DNA of 64,000 bases from Vicinamibacteria bacterium (GTDB lineage: Bacteria; Acidobacteriota; Vicinamibacteria; Marinacidobacterales; Marinacidobacteraceae): the NCBI GenBank assembly GCA_963555995.3, contig OY821641.1, forward strand, positions 2,016,001-2,080,000, given 5' to 3'. The position numbers were made by a program, and so were the translations under genes. Positions 38,285 to 48,451 of this stretch are shown here, piece after piece. The notes below the pieces were generated by a model. The model had not been told where the DNA came from. It did no database searches and saw only the letters and a list, made by a program, of their open reading frames with translations. Positions within the stretch are counted from its first letter, which is position 1; each line of letters starts with the position of its first letter.

Positions 38285-39996
38285 TCGAGTTGCTGCTTCA
38301 TCCCACCACCTGGCTCCTCTTCGGGCTTCCCTGGGTGTTTTTCAACCGGCGGATCATTCTGCGGTTCCCGGTGGGCGCCCTCGTCGCCGTGGGGGCGCTG
38401 CTGGCCCTCTTTCACGGCATCGAGGGCTCGCTGACGACGACCATCGCGGGATTCCGGCTCACCTGGTTCTACGCGGACCGACTGAGCCTCCTCTTCGCGC
38501 TGGTGTTCGCGATCGTGGCCACGCTCGGATTCCTGTACGGGTCCCACCGGATGCGCGCTGGCGAAACGGCGGCGGCGCTGCTCTACGCCGGTTCCGCCAT
38601 CGCCACCGTGCTCGCCGGGGACTGGATCACCTTCTTCGTCTTCTGGGAGGCGATGGCGTTCTCGTCCCTGGCGCTGATCTGGCAGGGAGGCACCGCCGGC
38701 GCCCGCCGGGCCGGGATGCGGTATCTGCTCGTCCACGCCACCGGCGGGGCGCTGCTGTTCGCCGGCATCGCCCTCCACCTGGCCGGCGGCGGCGACACCT
38801 CGCTGGGCGCGCTGGCTTCGGGCTCGCCCCCGTTCTGGTTGATCCTGGGCGCGGTGGCGATCAACGCCGCCATCCCGCCGCTCCACGCCTGGCTGACCGA
38901 CGCCTATCCGGAAGCCTCGACCTCGGGTTCCGTCTTCCTGTCGGCCTTCACCACCAAGACCGCGGTCTACGCCCTCCTGCGGCTCTTCCCCGGAACCGAG
39001 ATCCTGGTGCCGCTCGGCGCCGCGATGGCGCTCTACGGCGTCGTCTTCGCGGTCATCGAGAACGACATCCGCCGGCTGCTCGGGTACCACATCGTGAGCC
39101 AGGTCGGCTACATGGTGGCGGCGGTGGGCATCGGCACCCCGCTGGCGCTGAACGGCGCCGCGTCGCACGCGTTCTCCCACATCCTCTACAAGGCGCTCCT
39201 GTTCATGGGTGCGGGAGCGGCCATCGAGGCCACCGGGCTCCGGCGCCTCTCCGACCTGGGCGGGATCTCCCGGCAGATGCGCTTCGCGGTCGCGATGTAC
39301 GCCGTCGGGGCCCTCTCGATCTCCGGCGCCCCGCTCTTCAACGGCTTCATCAGCAAGTCCATGATCGTCAGCGCCGCCGCCGAGGAACACCTCCTCTGGA
39401 CCGAACTGCTGCTGGTGCTCGCGGCCGTCGGGACGTTCCTGTCCGTGGGCCTGAAGCTGCCGTGGTTCGCGTTCTTCGGGGAACCGCGCGGGGTCGCGGT
39501 CCGGCCGCTGCCGACGAACCTGCTCGCGGCCATGGGCATCGGCGGCGCCCTCTGCCTCCTTTACGGGCTCTTCCCGCACCTCCTCTACAGCCGGCTGCCG
39601 TACCTCGCGACCTACGCGCCGTACACCCTCGACCACGTCGTTTCGTCCGCCCAGTTGCTCCTCGCCACCGGGTTCGTCTTCTACCTGGCCCGCAGGAAGC
39701 TCACGCCGTCACCGGGCCAAGCCCTCGACACCGACTGGCTCTACCGGATCCCCTTCGCGCGGCTGGTCGCCGCCGCCACCCGGGCGCTCGGGGCCGCCGG
39801 CCCCGTCGCCCGCGCCCTGCGCGGCGAGACGGTGACCCGGCTGGACGCCGCGGCGCGCCGGCTGGCGGCGCCGGGCGCCCCGCCGCGGCGGCGCGAGAGC
39901 TTCGCCTTCCGGGCTTCCATCGGCTGGACGGTGCTGTTCGCGGCGGTGGCGGTCGTGGTCGCCTGGATCGTGGTGTGGCTGCGGAACCCCGGATAG
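38281..39996 (+). CDS. Mrp subunit D/A-like protein 3
   Basis: PPLHAWLTDAYPEA, SAFTTKTAVY, YHIVSQVGYM, GFISKSMI. Confidence 0.85.
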   Translation: MIELLLHPTTWLLFGLPWVFFNRRIILRFPVGALVAVGALLALFHGIEGSLTTTIAGFRLTWFYADRLSLLFALVFAIVATLGFLYGSHRMRAGETAAALLYAGSAIATVLAGDWITFFVFWEAMAFSSLALIWQGGTAGARRAGMRYLLVHATGGALLFAGIALHLAGGGDTSLGALASGSPPFWLILGAVAINAAIPPLHAWLTDAYPEASTSGSVFLSAFTTKTAVYALLRLFPGTEILVPLGAAMALYGVVFAVIENDIRRLLGYHIVSQVGYMVAAVGIGTPLALNGAASHAFSHILYKALLFMGAGAAIEATGLRRLSDLGGISRQMRFAVAMYAVGALSISGAPLFNGFISKSMIVSAAAEEHLLWTELLLVLAAVGTFLSVGLKLPWFAFFGEPRGVAVRPLPTNLLAAMGIGGALCLLYGLFPHLLYSRLPYLATYAPYTLDHVVSSAQLLLATGFVFYLARRKLTPSPGQALDTDWLYRIPFARLVAAATRALGAAGPVARALRGETVTRLDAAARRLAAPGAPPRRRESFAFRASIGWTVLFAAVAVVVAWIVVWLRNPG

Positions 39997-40097
39997 GGGG
40001 CGGACGTAAACACCAGCCAGTGTTCCGACGACCCTCGCGCCGAGGGTTTCCCGCCCGCCGGCCCGCCCGCTAGCAGGGGTTAGTCTTCCGGGGCGTC

Positions 40098-40541
40098 ATG
40101 CGGCCGGCACGGTGGCTCTGGCCAGCCCTCCTCGGGATCGCGGTCGTCCTGCTGATCCTGCGGCCGTGGGCCGGGGAGGCGCCCGCTCCCCCGGAGGCGG
40201 CCGATCCGCTCACCGAGGCCGAAGCACTCTACGAAGAGGCGATCGGCGACCTGGAATCGGCGCTCCGTTCCGCGGACCCCGAGGGGTTCGGGGACCTGCA
40301 CGCGGCGATGGAGCAGGAGCGGCAGGCGCTCGACGCCGCGATCGCGGACAGCCGGCGGCGCGCCGCTGCCGCCCCCGACGACGAGGAAGCCCAGGAGACC
40401 CTGTTTGAAAGCCTGCGCCGGAAGCTCGACCTGTTCCACAACACCCTGATGCTCATGCGGGACATGGAACGCGGCGACAGCGAAACGGCCCAGGATCGGA
40501 TTGACGCCATCTCGGGGCGAGGACGCCCCGACACCGGTTGA
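40098..40541 (+). CDS. hypothetical membrane-anchored helical protein (anti-sigma C-terminal-like)
   Basis: N-terminal TM helix; LDAAIADSRRRAAAAPDD...RRKLDL pattern; precedes a DUF4097 gene. Confidence 0.55.
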   Translation: MRPARWLWPALLGIAVVLLILRPWAGEAPAPPEAADPLTEAEALYEEAIGDLESALRSADPEGFGDLHAAMEQERQALDAAIADSRRRAAAAPDDEEAQETLFESLRRKLDLFHNTLMLMRDMERGDSETAQDRIDAISGRGRPDTG

Positions 40542-40620
40542 GGATGGGGAGCATGGACGATCGGACCCCCGCGGGGCCTGGCGCCGTCGAGGCGGCGAGC
40601 CCGTCAAGGAGTGAACTGTG

Positions 40621-41601
40621 ATGATGGATACCCCGAACGCGGCGCCACGCCGTCCGGCCGGGCGCGAACTCTGGGGACGCGCCGCGCCGGCAACCGCGGT
40701 GCTCCTCGCCGGTTCCCAACTGGCGCTGGCGCAGCCCCTGACGGAGCGGGTGGAACACGCGGTGGAGATCCCGCGCGATGCCCGGATCTCGATCATGAAC
40801 TTCGCGGGACACGTGGAAGTGCACGGCACCGACCCCGGCGAGGACTCGACGCTCCGCGTGATCGGCGTGAAGCGGCTCGAAGCCGAACTTCCGGCCGAGG
40901 AGGCCGAACGCATCTTCGAACGGGTGAACCTGAACCTGAGGCGGCGCGGACGGCGCATCCGCATCGGGCCCAATCGCCCGCGCGGCGACCGGAACCGGCC
41001 CGCCGGACGGCCTTCCGGGGAGCGGAGCGGACCCCCGCCCGTAACCGAGGTCCGGCCACCGAGGCGCATCCCCCCCGTGTCGGTGGACCTCGAAGTCTGG
41101 CTCCCCGACGGCGCTTCCCTGGAGGTGCGGACGTTCACCGCGCCGATCACGATCGCCGGGATCGGCGGTCCGGACGGCGACTTCCTGCTCCGCAGCGTCA
41201 GCGGGCCCATCGAGATCCGGGACCTGGAGGCGGACGATCTGCGGGTGGAGACCGTCAGCGGGAACCTGACCCTCGCGGATGTCCGGGCCCATCGCGGCAG
41301 CTTCCTGACGTTGACGGCGCCCATCCGGGTCACCGGCGCCCTGCAGCTCGACGGCTGGTACGAGTTCCAGACCCACTCGGGGACGGTCCTGCTGGGACTC
41401 GGGTCCCTCCCCGGCTTCACGGTCGCAGCCACCACCTACTCGGGGGAGATCCGGAGCGAACTGGAGTTCGAGACCGAGCGCGACGGCCGGAGCCTGGAGG
41501 GCCGCTACGGCTCGGACGGCCCGCAGATCAGCGTCAGCACCTTCGGCGGCTCCATCCACCTGGCCCCGGAGGCCGGCGCCATCCGCGATGTGGAGCGCTA
41601 G
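40621..41601 (+). CDS. DUF4097 beta-strand repeat (adhesin-like) protein
   Basis: Repeated xSG.I motifs (SVSGPI, TVSGNL, THSGTV, TYSGEI, TFGGSI). Confidence 0.75.
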   Translation: MMDTPNAAPRRPAGRELWGRAAPATAVLLAGSQLALAQPLTERVEHAVEIPRDARISIMNFAGHVEVHGTDPGEDSTLRVIGVKRLEAELPAEEAERIFERVNLNLRRRGRRIRIGPNRPRGDRNRPAGRPSGERSGPPPVTEVRPPRRIPPVSVDLEVWLPDGASLEVRTFTAPITIAGIGGPDGDFLLRSVSGPIEIRDLEADDLRVETVSGNLTLADVRAHRGSFLTLTAPIRVTGALQLDGWYEFQTHSGTVLLGLGSLPGFTVAATTYSGEIRSELEFETERDGRSLEGRYGSDGPQISVSTFGGSIHLAPEAGAIRDVER

Positions 41602-42945
41602 TTACTCGAGGACGAAGAGCAGGACGAAGAGCCCCGCCAGGGCGTAGGTCACCGGGGAGACCTCCCTGCCCTTCCCGGCGAGCAGGTGGAGGGCCGACCA
41701 GGCGATGAAGCCGGCGCCGATCCCGTTGGTGATGCTGGTGGTAAGCGGCATGCCGACGACCACGAAGAAGGCGGGGATGGCGGCGACCGGCCGGTCCCAG
41801 GGCACCTTCGCGATCTCCGGCATCATGAAGATGCCGACCAGGATCAGGATGGGTGCCGCGACCGGATAGAGGGTGACGCCCTCGCCGAACGGCACCCCGC
41901 CGATCACCGAGAGCAGCGGATGGAAGAACATCGAGCCGAGCAGGAGGACGGCGGTGGTCAGCGCGGTGAGTCCGGTCCTGCCCCCCGCGGCGATGCCCGC
42001 GGCGCTCTCGATGTAGGTGGTGATGGTGGAGGTGCCGAGGAGGCTGCCGACCATGGTGCCGCCGGCGTCCGAGGCGAACGCCGCCTCCGCCCGCGGGAGC
42101 CGGCCATCCTTCATCAGCCCGGCGCGGCTCGTGACCCCGAGCAGGGTGCCGATGGTGTCGAACATGTCCACGACCAGCAGCACGACCACCGCGAAGATCC
42201 ACGTCGGCGCCGCGAAGAGGCCCCCGAAGTCCACCGCGAAAAGCGTCGGAAGGATCGAGGGAGGCGCCGCAACCACCCCGGTGAACTCGGTGAGGCCGAA
42301 CGCCAGGCTGAGGACTCCGGAGGCGCCGGCGCCGAGGAGCAGGGCTCCCGGCGCCCGCCGGATGACCAGGATGGCGGTGACCGCCAGACCCACGAGCGCG
42401 ACCTGGACGGGGCGGGCCCCGATGTCGCCCGGTCCGATGTAGATGCTCGGCGCGGCGGCGAGCAGGCCGGCCCAGCGCAGCCCGATCACCGCGATCATCA
42501 GCCCGATCCCGGCCACGATCCCGTGCCGGAGCGGCTCGGGAACCATGTCCATGAGCTTCGAGCGAACCTTGAACAGCGCGCTCGCCAGGAAGAGGACGCC
42601 GGCGATGAAGGTGGCGGCGAGCGCCTGCTGCCACGTCAGCCCGAACCCCCCGGCCGCCGCGGCCCCGCAGAGGGTGAAGGCGAAGAAGAAGTTGAGGCCC
42701 ATCCCCGGCGCGAGCGCGACCGGCAGCCGCGCGAAGATCCCCGCGGACGCGGTGGCGAGCGCCGCCCCGACGCAGGTGGCGACCATCACCGCGCCGGTGT
42801 CCATCCCCGCGGCCCCGAGCACGATGGGGTTGACCAGCACGATGTAGGCGAGGGTGAGCCAGGTGGTGGCTCCCGCCAGCACCTCGCGCCGGGGCGTGCT
42901 GCCCCGCGCCTCGATCCCGAAGAAACGATCCAGCCAGCTATACAC
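41602..42945 (-). CDS. NCS2/AzgA-PbuG family purine permease
   Basis: LAYIVLVNP, LAPGMGLNFFF, DMFDTIGT, YIESAAGIAAGGRTGLT. Confidence 0.9.
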   Translation of the reverse strand: MYSWLDRFFGIEARGSTPRREVLAGATTWLTLAYIVLVNPIVLGAAGMDTGAVMVATCVGAALATASAGIFARLPVALAPGMGLNFFFAFTLCGAAAAGGFGLTWQQALAATFIAGVLFLASALFKVRSKLMDMVPEPLRHGIVAGIGLMIAVIGLRWAGLLAAAPSIYIGPGDIGARPVQVALVGLAVTAILVIRRAPGALLLGAGASGVLSLAFGLTEFTGVVAAPPSILPTLFAVDFGGLFAAPTWIFAVVVLLVVDMFDTIGTLLGVTSRAGLMKDGRLPRAEAAFASDAGGTMVGSLLGTSTITTYIESAAGIAAGGRTGLTALTTAVLLLGSMFFHPLLSVIGGVPFGEGVTLYPVAAPILILVGIFMMPEIAKVPWDRPVAAIPAFFVVVGMPLTTSITNGIGAGFIAWSALHLLAGKGREVSPVTYALAGLFVLLFVLE

Positions 42946-43101
42946 CGCGCGCCCTCCTTCCGTCCCGGCCCCGACCGGGCGCGCGATGGTACAATGCCCG
43001 TTCCCACCGCGAGTTACGCAATCGGAGCGGCGGTCTTCAGACCGGCACCGCGGCCGCAGGCCGCGAAATCACTCACTCGACTATTCAGGTTCGGAGAACC
43101 C

Positions 43102-43359
43102 ATGGCCCACAGCAAATCCGCGAAGAAGCGCGTCCGCCAGAACGAGGAGCAGCGTCTTCGCAACCGGCATCACCGGAGCCGTCTCCGCAGCGCGATCAAG
43201 AAGCTCCGCGCCGCCGTCGCCGCCGGCGACCAGGACGCGAGCCGGGAACAGCTCCCGCGCACCATCGCCCTCCTGGACCGGATGGCGGGCCGCCGGGTCA
43301 TCCACCGGAACGCCGCCGCCCGCACCAAGTCCCGCCTCTCCCACCTCGTAGCCAAGTAG
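43102..43359 (+). CDS. rpsT: 30S ribosomal protein S20
   Basis: MAHSKSAKKRVRQ...VIHRNAAARTKSRL; extended -10 TGGTACAAT at 42987-42995. Confidence 0.96.
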   Translation: MAHSKSAKKRVRQNEEQRLRNRHHRSRLRSAIKKLRAAVAAGDQDASREQLPRTIALLDRMAGRRVIHRNAAARTKSRLSHLVAK

Positions 43360-43376
43360 ACATCCCCGACCTCCAG

Positions 43377-43510
43377 GGGAGCGCCGGTCTTCCGACCGGC
43401 ACGCGGCCCGCAGGGCCGCGAAGCGAGTAGGGCCGACCAGCGACCAGCGCCCGTACGGCTTGGAACGCCGGTCTCCAGACCGGCACGCGCGGTGCTCCGC
43501 ACCGCGCACG
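43377..43510 (-). repeat. REP cluster including an intact copy of the IS110 target
   Basis: GGGAGCGCCGGTCTTCCGACCGGCAC and GCCCGTACGGCTTGGAACGCCGGTCTCCAGACCGGCAC. Confidence 0.8.
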
Positions 43511-43572
43511 TCGTAACTCCACCCAGCCGCACGGCACCATCACCCTTGCCCCACCCGCATACGATTCCCACG

Positions 43573-44613
43573 ATGCGCGTAATCCTCCACATCGGCGGCG
43601 CCGCCCTCCTGCTCGTCGGATTCGCGCTGGCAGGCTGCGCCTCGGGTGACCGCGACGAGACCCGTGAAGAGCCGGCGACCGCGGAAACGGAAACGGCGCT
43701 CCCCTTCCCGGCGACACCCCCCGACGGGCCGATGCCCGAGATCGGGCCGGCGCCCGCGGACTACGTGCCGACGGCCGCCGGGGCGCCCGCCACCGACATC
43801 TGGCTGGGCGCCCTCGTACGCGAAGGCGGCGCGCTCTCGATTTCCACTCTGGAGCAGGCGACCGACCGCGACGGCTACGACAACCAGCCCAGCTTCCTCC
43901 TCGACGGCTCGGCCATCCTCTTTACGGCGGCACTGGACCGGCGCCAGACGGAAACCACGCGCCTCGGGGTGACCTCCGGGGCCGAATCCGGCGCCGGCCC
44001 CCGGGTCCAGTTGACGCGCACGGAAGCGAGCGAGTTCTCGCCGCTCCCGATCCCCGGGCAGGAGGCCTTCTCCGCGATCCACGAACTCCGCGGCAAGCAA
44101 TACCTGTGGCGCTACGACCTCTCCGGCGAACCGCTCGGGCCGATCTTCGCCACCGCCGAGCCGGTGGGATACCACGCGTGGGCCAACGAACAGGTCGTCG
44201 CGATGTTCGTCCTCGGCGATCCGGCCACCCTCCAGGTCGGGGACGTCCTGAGCGGGGAGATCCGGATCGTCGCCGAGAACCCGGGCCGGTCCATCCACCG
44301 GATTCCGGGGACGGAGGAGATCTCCTTCGTGCGCAAGGTCTCGGACGAGGAGTGGTGGCTCGAACGCCTCGACCCCGCCACGGGAACCACGGTTCGGATC
44401 ACCCGGACGCTCCCGGGCCGCGAGGACACCGCGTGGACGCCCGGGGGCGAGATCCTGATGGGCGACGGCTCACGCCTGTTCTCGTGGTCGGAGGACTCAG
44501 AGTGGACCGAGATCGCCGACCTCTCGGACCGCGGCGTCGAGGGCATCACCCGTCTCGCCGTCAGCCCCGACGGCGCCCGCATCGCAATCGTCGCCAACCA
44601 CCCGGGCGCCTGA
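43573..44613 (+). CDS. TolB-like/PD40 beta-propeller lipoprotein
   Basis: Lipobox LAGC; GYDNQPSF, EPVGYHAW, ITRLAVSPDG. Confidence 0.75.
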   Translation: MRVILHIGGAALLLVGFALAGCASGDRDETREEPATAETETALPFPATPPDGPMPEIGPAPADYVPTAAGAPATDIWLGALVREGGALSISTLEQATDRDGYDNQPSFLLDGSAILFTAALDRRQTETTRLGVTSGAESGAGPRVQLTRTEASEFSPLPIPGQEAFSAIHELRGKQYLWRYDLSGEPLGPIFATAEPVGYHAWANEQVVAMFVLGDPATLQVGDVLSGEIRIVAENPGRSIHRIPGTEEISFVRKVSDEEWWLERLDPATGTTVRITRTLPGREDTAWTPGGEILMGDGSRLFSWSEDSEWTEIADLSDRGVEGITRLAVSPDGARIAIVANHPGA

Positions 44614-44675
44614 GTTGCCAGGGCAGGAGCGTCCAAGGAGTGAGCGCGTAGGACTGTTCCGCCTCGCGGCGCAAC

Positions 44676-44900
44676 GGCTGGGAGCGCCGGTCTTCAGACC
44701 GGCACCGCGGGCCGAAGGCCCGCCGATGTCATGTAACCGTTCGCGTTGATGAATCGAAAGCACAACGCCACCACGCAGGTCAGCGTCGTGCGGTGCGCTG
44801 CGCTCTGGCGCAGCGCGTGCCGGTCTGAAGACCGGCGCTCCCAGCCGGCGGCGCAACGTGCGCTAACGGACGTCTCGGCGAGACTGCATTTCACAGCAAC
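44676..44900. repeat. REPIN-like element with flanking motif
   Basis: Inverted REPs at 44676-44706 and 44817-44847; AGACTGCATTTCACAGCAAC at the right. Confidence 0.8.
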
Positions 44901-44990
44901 TGGCGCACCGCGCACGTCGTAACTCCACTCGCCTTCAGGGCACCCCTGCTCTGGACCCCCGACCTTCCCCTCCCCCATACGATTCCCACC

Positions 44991-46775
44991 ATGCGCGGAA
45001 CCCTCCACGTCGCCTCCGCCGTCCTGCCGCTCCTCGCCGCCTGCGGCCCGGACCGTCCGGAGCAGGGCACCCTGCCTCCGCTCCACTACCTCGCCACCGC
45101 CGACCAGGCCGGCCCCGTCGCCTACCGCGACCCGGTGGGGGCAATCTCTCCCGACGGGAACTGGCTCGCGACGCTGGAACGCGGCCAGGTCCGCTTCGCC
45201 CCCGCGCAGGGCGGCGCCGTCCAACGGATCGGCCCGGGCACCGCATCCATCCGCTACCTCACCTGGCTCCCGGACAGCCGCCGGGTGCTGGTGCACGAGA
45301 ACGTGTTCGACCGCAGCCGCCAGGAATGGTGGATCTACGACCGCGCCGACGGCAGCCGGAGTCCGCTCTGGCCCGACCGCCCGGCGGACGCCGCGCCCCC
45401 CACCGGCGCGCTGGCCCAGCTGAGCTGGTCCGCGGACGGGTCGGCCATCGCCGGCGTGACCCGGGCGGACGGCGCTTCGACCCTCTGGGTCATGGATGCC
45501 GCGGGCGTGAACGCCGCGCCGCAGGCCAGCGCAGATCGCTTGTCCTTTCCCGCCTGGTCTCCCGACGGGCGGATCGCCTGCCTCGTCCGCACCGGGGATC
45601 ATCAGCAGCTACACCTGCCCTGCTCGGCGCCCGAGCCGCTCTTCGACGATCAGGAAGCCTACGGACGCATCGCCTTCTCTCCCGACGGCGAGTGGGTGAT
45701 CTACGGGGTTCCCGGCGAGGGCGGCTTCCTCGACCTCTGGATGCGGAGGGTGAGCGGCGGCCGGCGCACCCGGCTGACGCGCTTCGCCCGCGACGCCTAC
45801 TCGCCCTCGGTGGGCGCGGGCGGCGAGGTGGTCTTCAAGAGCCAGGACTACCGCGTCTTCCTCGCAACGGCCCCGGCAGACGGGGGACCTTCCGAACCGC
45901 TGACCGCCTTCCAGTCGGAGACGCCCACCTGGAGCCCGGACGGCAGCGAGATCGCCTTCACCTTCGGGAGCTGGCGGCACGTCACCGACGACATCCACTA
46001 TCCGGACATCGCCCAACACCTCGGGACCGTCACCGCCAGCGTCGAGACCCCGCACCGCGAGCCGCAGCGCGTCGTGCGCCAGTCCTACTCGGAGGACCAG
46101 GGCATGCAGTGGTCCCCGAACGGGCGCTGGATCGTCTTCCACACCCACGAGGAATCCGACGACATCTGGCTGATGGCGGCGGACGGCAGCGGCGCCCACC
46201 AGATCAGCGAGGACGGGCACGAGACCGGTTGGGCCCGCTGGTCGCCCGACAGCCGCTTCGTGGTCTTCACCAGCTACCGGCGCGACGCGACCGGCGCCCG
46301 GCACGGCGGGCTCTACGTCATCGGCGTGGACCAGGAGACGGGCGAGATCACCATGCCCCAGCAGCAGGTGCCCCTCGAAGGCTTCACGGAGGACGTGATC
46401 CAGGCGGAGTGGGCCGATGCGGGCGAGACGCTCCTGTTCGAGTCCGCCGCGGCGGTGGGCCGGAAGAGCCTCTGGACGGTGCCGCGCACCGGCGGAACGC
46501 CCACCCGGTTCCACGAGTTCGGCTCCGACCAGATCCACTCCGGGATCGGCGTTTCCCCGGACGGCGCGTGGGCCGCCTATATTGATCGCGCGGCCGACGG
46601 ATTCTTCCAAGTCTTCCGGGTGCCGCTCGGCGGGGGAGACGCGGAGCAGGTCACCTCCGACCCCACCCACAAGACCCAGCCCGCCTGGTCACCGCTCGGC
46701 GACCGGATCGCGTTCACCGTCTTCAGCTACCGCGCCCACTTCTGGCGGATCCACCCCTTCTCGCTCGCGCGCTGA
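44991..46775 (+). CDS. TolB-like PD40-repeat lipoprotein
   Basis: Lipobox LAAC; many WSPDG repeats. Confidence 0.78.
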   Translation: MRGTLHVASAVLPLLAACGPDRPEQGTLPPLHYLATADQAGPVAYRDPVGAISPDGNWLATLERGQVRFAPAQGGAVQRIGPGTASIRYLTWLPDSRRVLVHENVFDRSRQEWWIYDRADGSRSPLWPDRPADAAPPTGALAQLSWSADGSAIAGVTRADGASTLWVMDAAGVNAAPQASADRLSFPAWSPDGRIACLVRTGDHQQLHLPCSAPEPLFDDQEAYGRIAFSPDGEWVIYGVPGEGGFLDLWMRRVSGGRRTRLTRFARDAYSPSVGAGGEVVFKSQDYRVFLATAPADGGPSEPLTAFQSETPTWSPDGSEIAFTFGSWRHVTDDIHYPDIAQHLGTVTASVETPHREPQRVVRQSYSEDQGMQWSPNGRWIVFHTHEESDDIWLMAADGSGAHQISEDGHETGWARWSPDSRFVVFTSYRRDATGARHGGLYVIGVDQETGEITMPQQQVPLEGFTEDVIQAEWADAGETLLFESAAAVGRKSLWTVPRTGGTPTRFHEFGSDQIHSGIGVSPDGAWAAYIDRAADGFFQVFRVPLGGGDAEQVTSDPTHKTQPAWSPLGDRIAFTVFSYRAHFWRIHPFSLAR

Positions 46776-46823
46776 CCGCCCGCTCAACCCCGGAAGATCA
46801 GCCAGTCGAGGGTCGCCATGGGG

Positions 46824-46883
46824 TCAGCCGGTCATCCGGGAACGACGTTTGCCCCAGGCGACGACGGCTGGCGCCGGGATCAA
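46824..46883 (-). pseudogene. remnant of an AbiEii-type nucleotidyltransferase toxin
   Basis: TTG start overlapping the abiEi stop encodes MIPAPAVVAW, resembling the MIPxxxIxxW start of this toxin family; stops after 19 codons. Confidence 0.45.
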
Positions 46884-47707
46884 TCGTCGACCTCCGGGAT
46901 GCGCCGCACGATGACGCGCCACCGGGAATCGCGTACCGGCGGCCCACGTTGGAAGTCCGGCGTTCCCATCTCCTGCCGCTCGAGCTCGGTCCACCGCAAT
47001 GGTCCGCGCGCCCCCAATACCTCCAGCATCGCGCCCGTCACCGTGCCATGGCCGAGTTGCTGCAGCAGATGGCCCAGACGCTGCACAACCGGGCGTTCGA
47101 TCCGCGTCGACAGCGCGGCCAGTTGCACGGGATCAATCCTCGGACCGAGGTCGGAGAGGACCGTGGCGAGATTGTCGATGCCGCCGGACGCCTGCGGGTA
47201 GCGCAGCAGATCGAGCGACGTCAACGCGGGCGACGAGACCCTCATCGTGCCCGTATCGGTCTTGCGTTCCTCGATCCCTGCGAGCACCGCTTCCATATCC
47301 CTCCGGAAGTAGAAAACGATCAGGCTGCGACCGGCCCGAATCCTCGGAAACCGTTTGGCCGCGACGACCTGAAACTCCATGACCGCCTGATGCGTCGCCC
47401 CGTGCAACTCCGCGGCCTTGAGGAGCCCGAGGTAGTAGGTCTGGCCCTCGTAGCGCATGAGGGCATCGATGTACGAGGCCGGCGGCGGCGACCCCCAGGC
47501 CACATACTGCGGTGGGACGACTACGTAGAAGCCCTGCCGGGGGTGCAGCAACGCCCCACGGCGCTGCTGCCGCTCGGCGGCGTCCAGGAAGGCGCCGTGC
47601 GAGACGCCCATCGCGCGCTCGGCTTCATCGGCGGTGAATACGGTCCGGCCTGCCGAAAGCAGGCCGCTGACGTACTTCGAAAAGGCCGACCGTTGGTGGT
47701 GAATCAT
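46880..47707 (-). CDS. type IV TA antitoxin AbiEi family
   Basis: RQGFYVVVPP, YYLGLLKAAELHGATHQA, VSSPALTSLDL, QRLGHLL. Confidence 0.85.
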   Translation of the reverse strand: MIHHQRSAFSKYVSGLLSAGRTVFTADEAERAMGVSHGAFLDAAERQQRRGALLHPRQGFYVVVPPQYVAWGSPPPASYIDALMRYEGQTYYLGLLKAAELHGATHQAVMEFQVVAAKRFPRIRAGRSLIVFYFRRDMEAVLAGIEERKTDTGTMRVSSPALTSLDLLRYPQASGGIDNLATVLSDLGPRIDPVQLAALSTRIERPVVQRLGHLLQQLGHGTVTGAMLEVLGARGPLRWTELERQEMGTPDFQRGPPVRDSRWRVIVRRIPEVDD

Positions 47708-47970
47708 GTCTGAATATCCGCTTTAGGTGCGGATTCTAATACATGATTTGTCAGATCGCATGCGCCGCAAGAGCGATTCGCGCTGCGCCGTGCGCGGCGC
47801 GGAGCGCCGCGCGTGCCGGTCTGAAGACCGGCGGTCCCGGCCGTACTAGTACGAGCCTAGGGCTCGGGCGGGATCCACTCTCGCCGCTTCGCGTACCGGG
47901 ATCCAGCACGCGAGGACCGCCACGGCCAGGATTCCGGCCGCAGCCAGACCGAGCCTCAAGGCATCGGCAG

Positions 47971-48390
47971 CTACCAGCGGACGAAGATCCCGGCCCTCAT
48001 GAGGGTGAAGTCCGGCGCGCGGTCCACCGAGACGGCGACCCCGTAGCGCCCGCCGAGACGGCCCCCTACGCCAACCAGCGGATTGGCGCCCGGCTCGACG
48101 GCCGGACCGCTCAGGACGATCTCGGTCCCGACCCGGAGGGACAGCCGGCCCCGCGCGCCGCGCCAGACGGGGACGGCCACGCCGGCCACGATGGCCCAGA
48201 CATCGGCGTCCTCGCTGAGGTAGCCGAAGGGTTCGACCCGCCAGATGTCCGCCTGCGCGCCGCCGAACCAGCCCCGGAACGCGACCTCCTCGTTGGAGAA
48301 CCGCATCGGGCCGGCGAGGACGATGCGGTCCTGCGCCGCCGCCGGAACCGCGGCGGCGAGCAGACCGGCGAGCACGAGAGTTCGGGTCAT
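47971..48390 (-). CDS. exported hypothetical protein (beta-strand rich)
   Basis: Signal peptide ending AAA-Q; aromatic C-terminus AGIFVRW. Confidence 0.6.
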   Translation of the reverse strand: MTRTLVLAGLLAAAVPAAAQDRIVLAGPMRFSNEEVAFRGWFGGAQADIWRVEPFGYLSEDADVWAIVAGVAVPVWRGARGRLSLRVGTEIVLSGPAVEPGANPLVGVGGRLGGRYGVAVSVDRAPDFTLMRAGIFVRW

Positions 48391-48451
48391 GGGAGCAGTG
48401 CGGGGCGACGCTTCTTCCCGGTTCGATGGGTCATCGGGGATCGGATCGCCG

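Noticed and set aside
32236-39996. Membrane-bound hydrogenase or complex I cluster
   Set aside because: No hydrogenase, Fe-S or NADH-binding subunits; the order E-F-G-B-B-C-D-D-x-D fits a known Mrp antiporter type.
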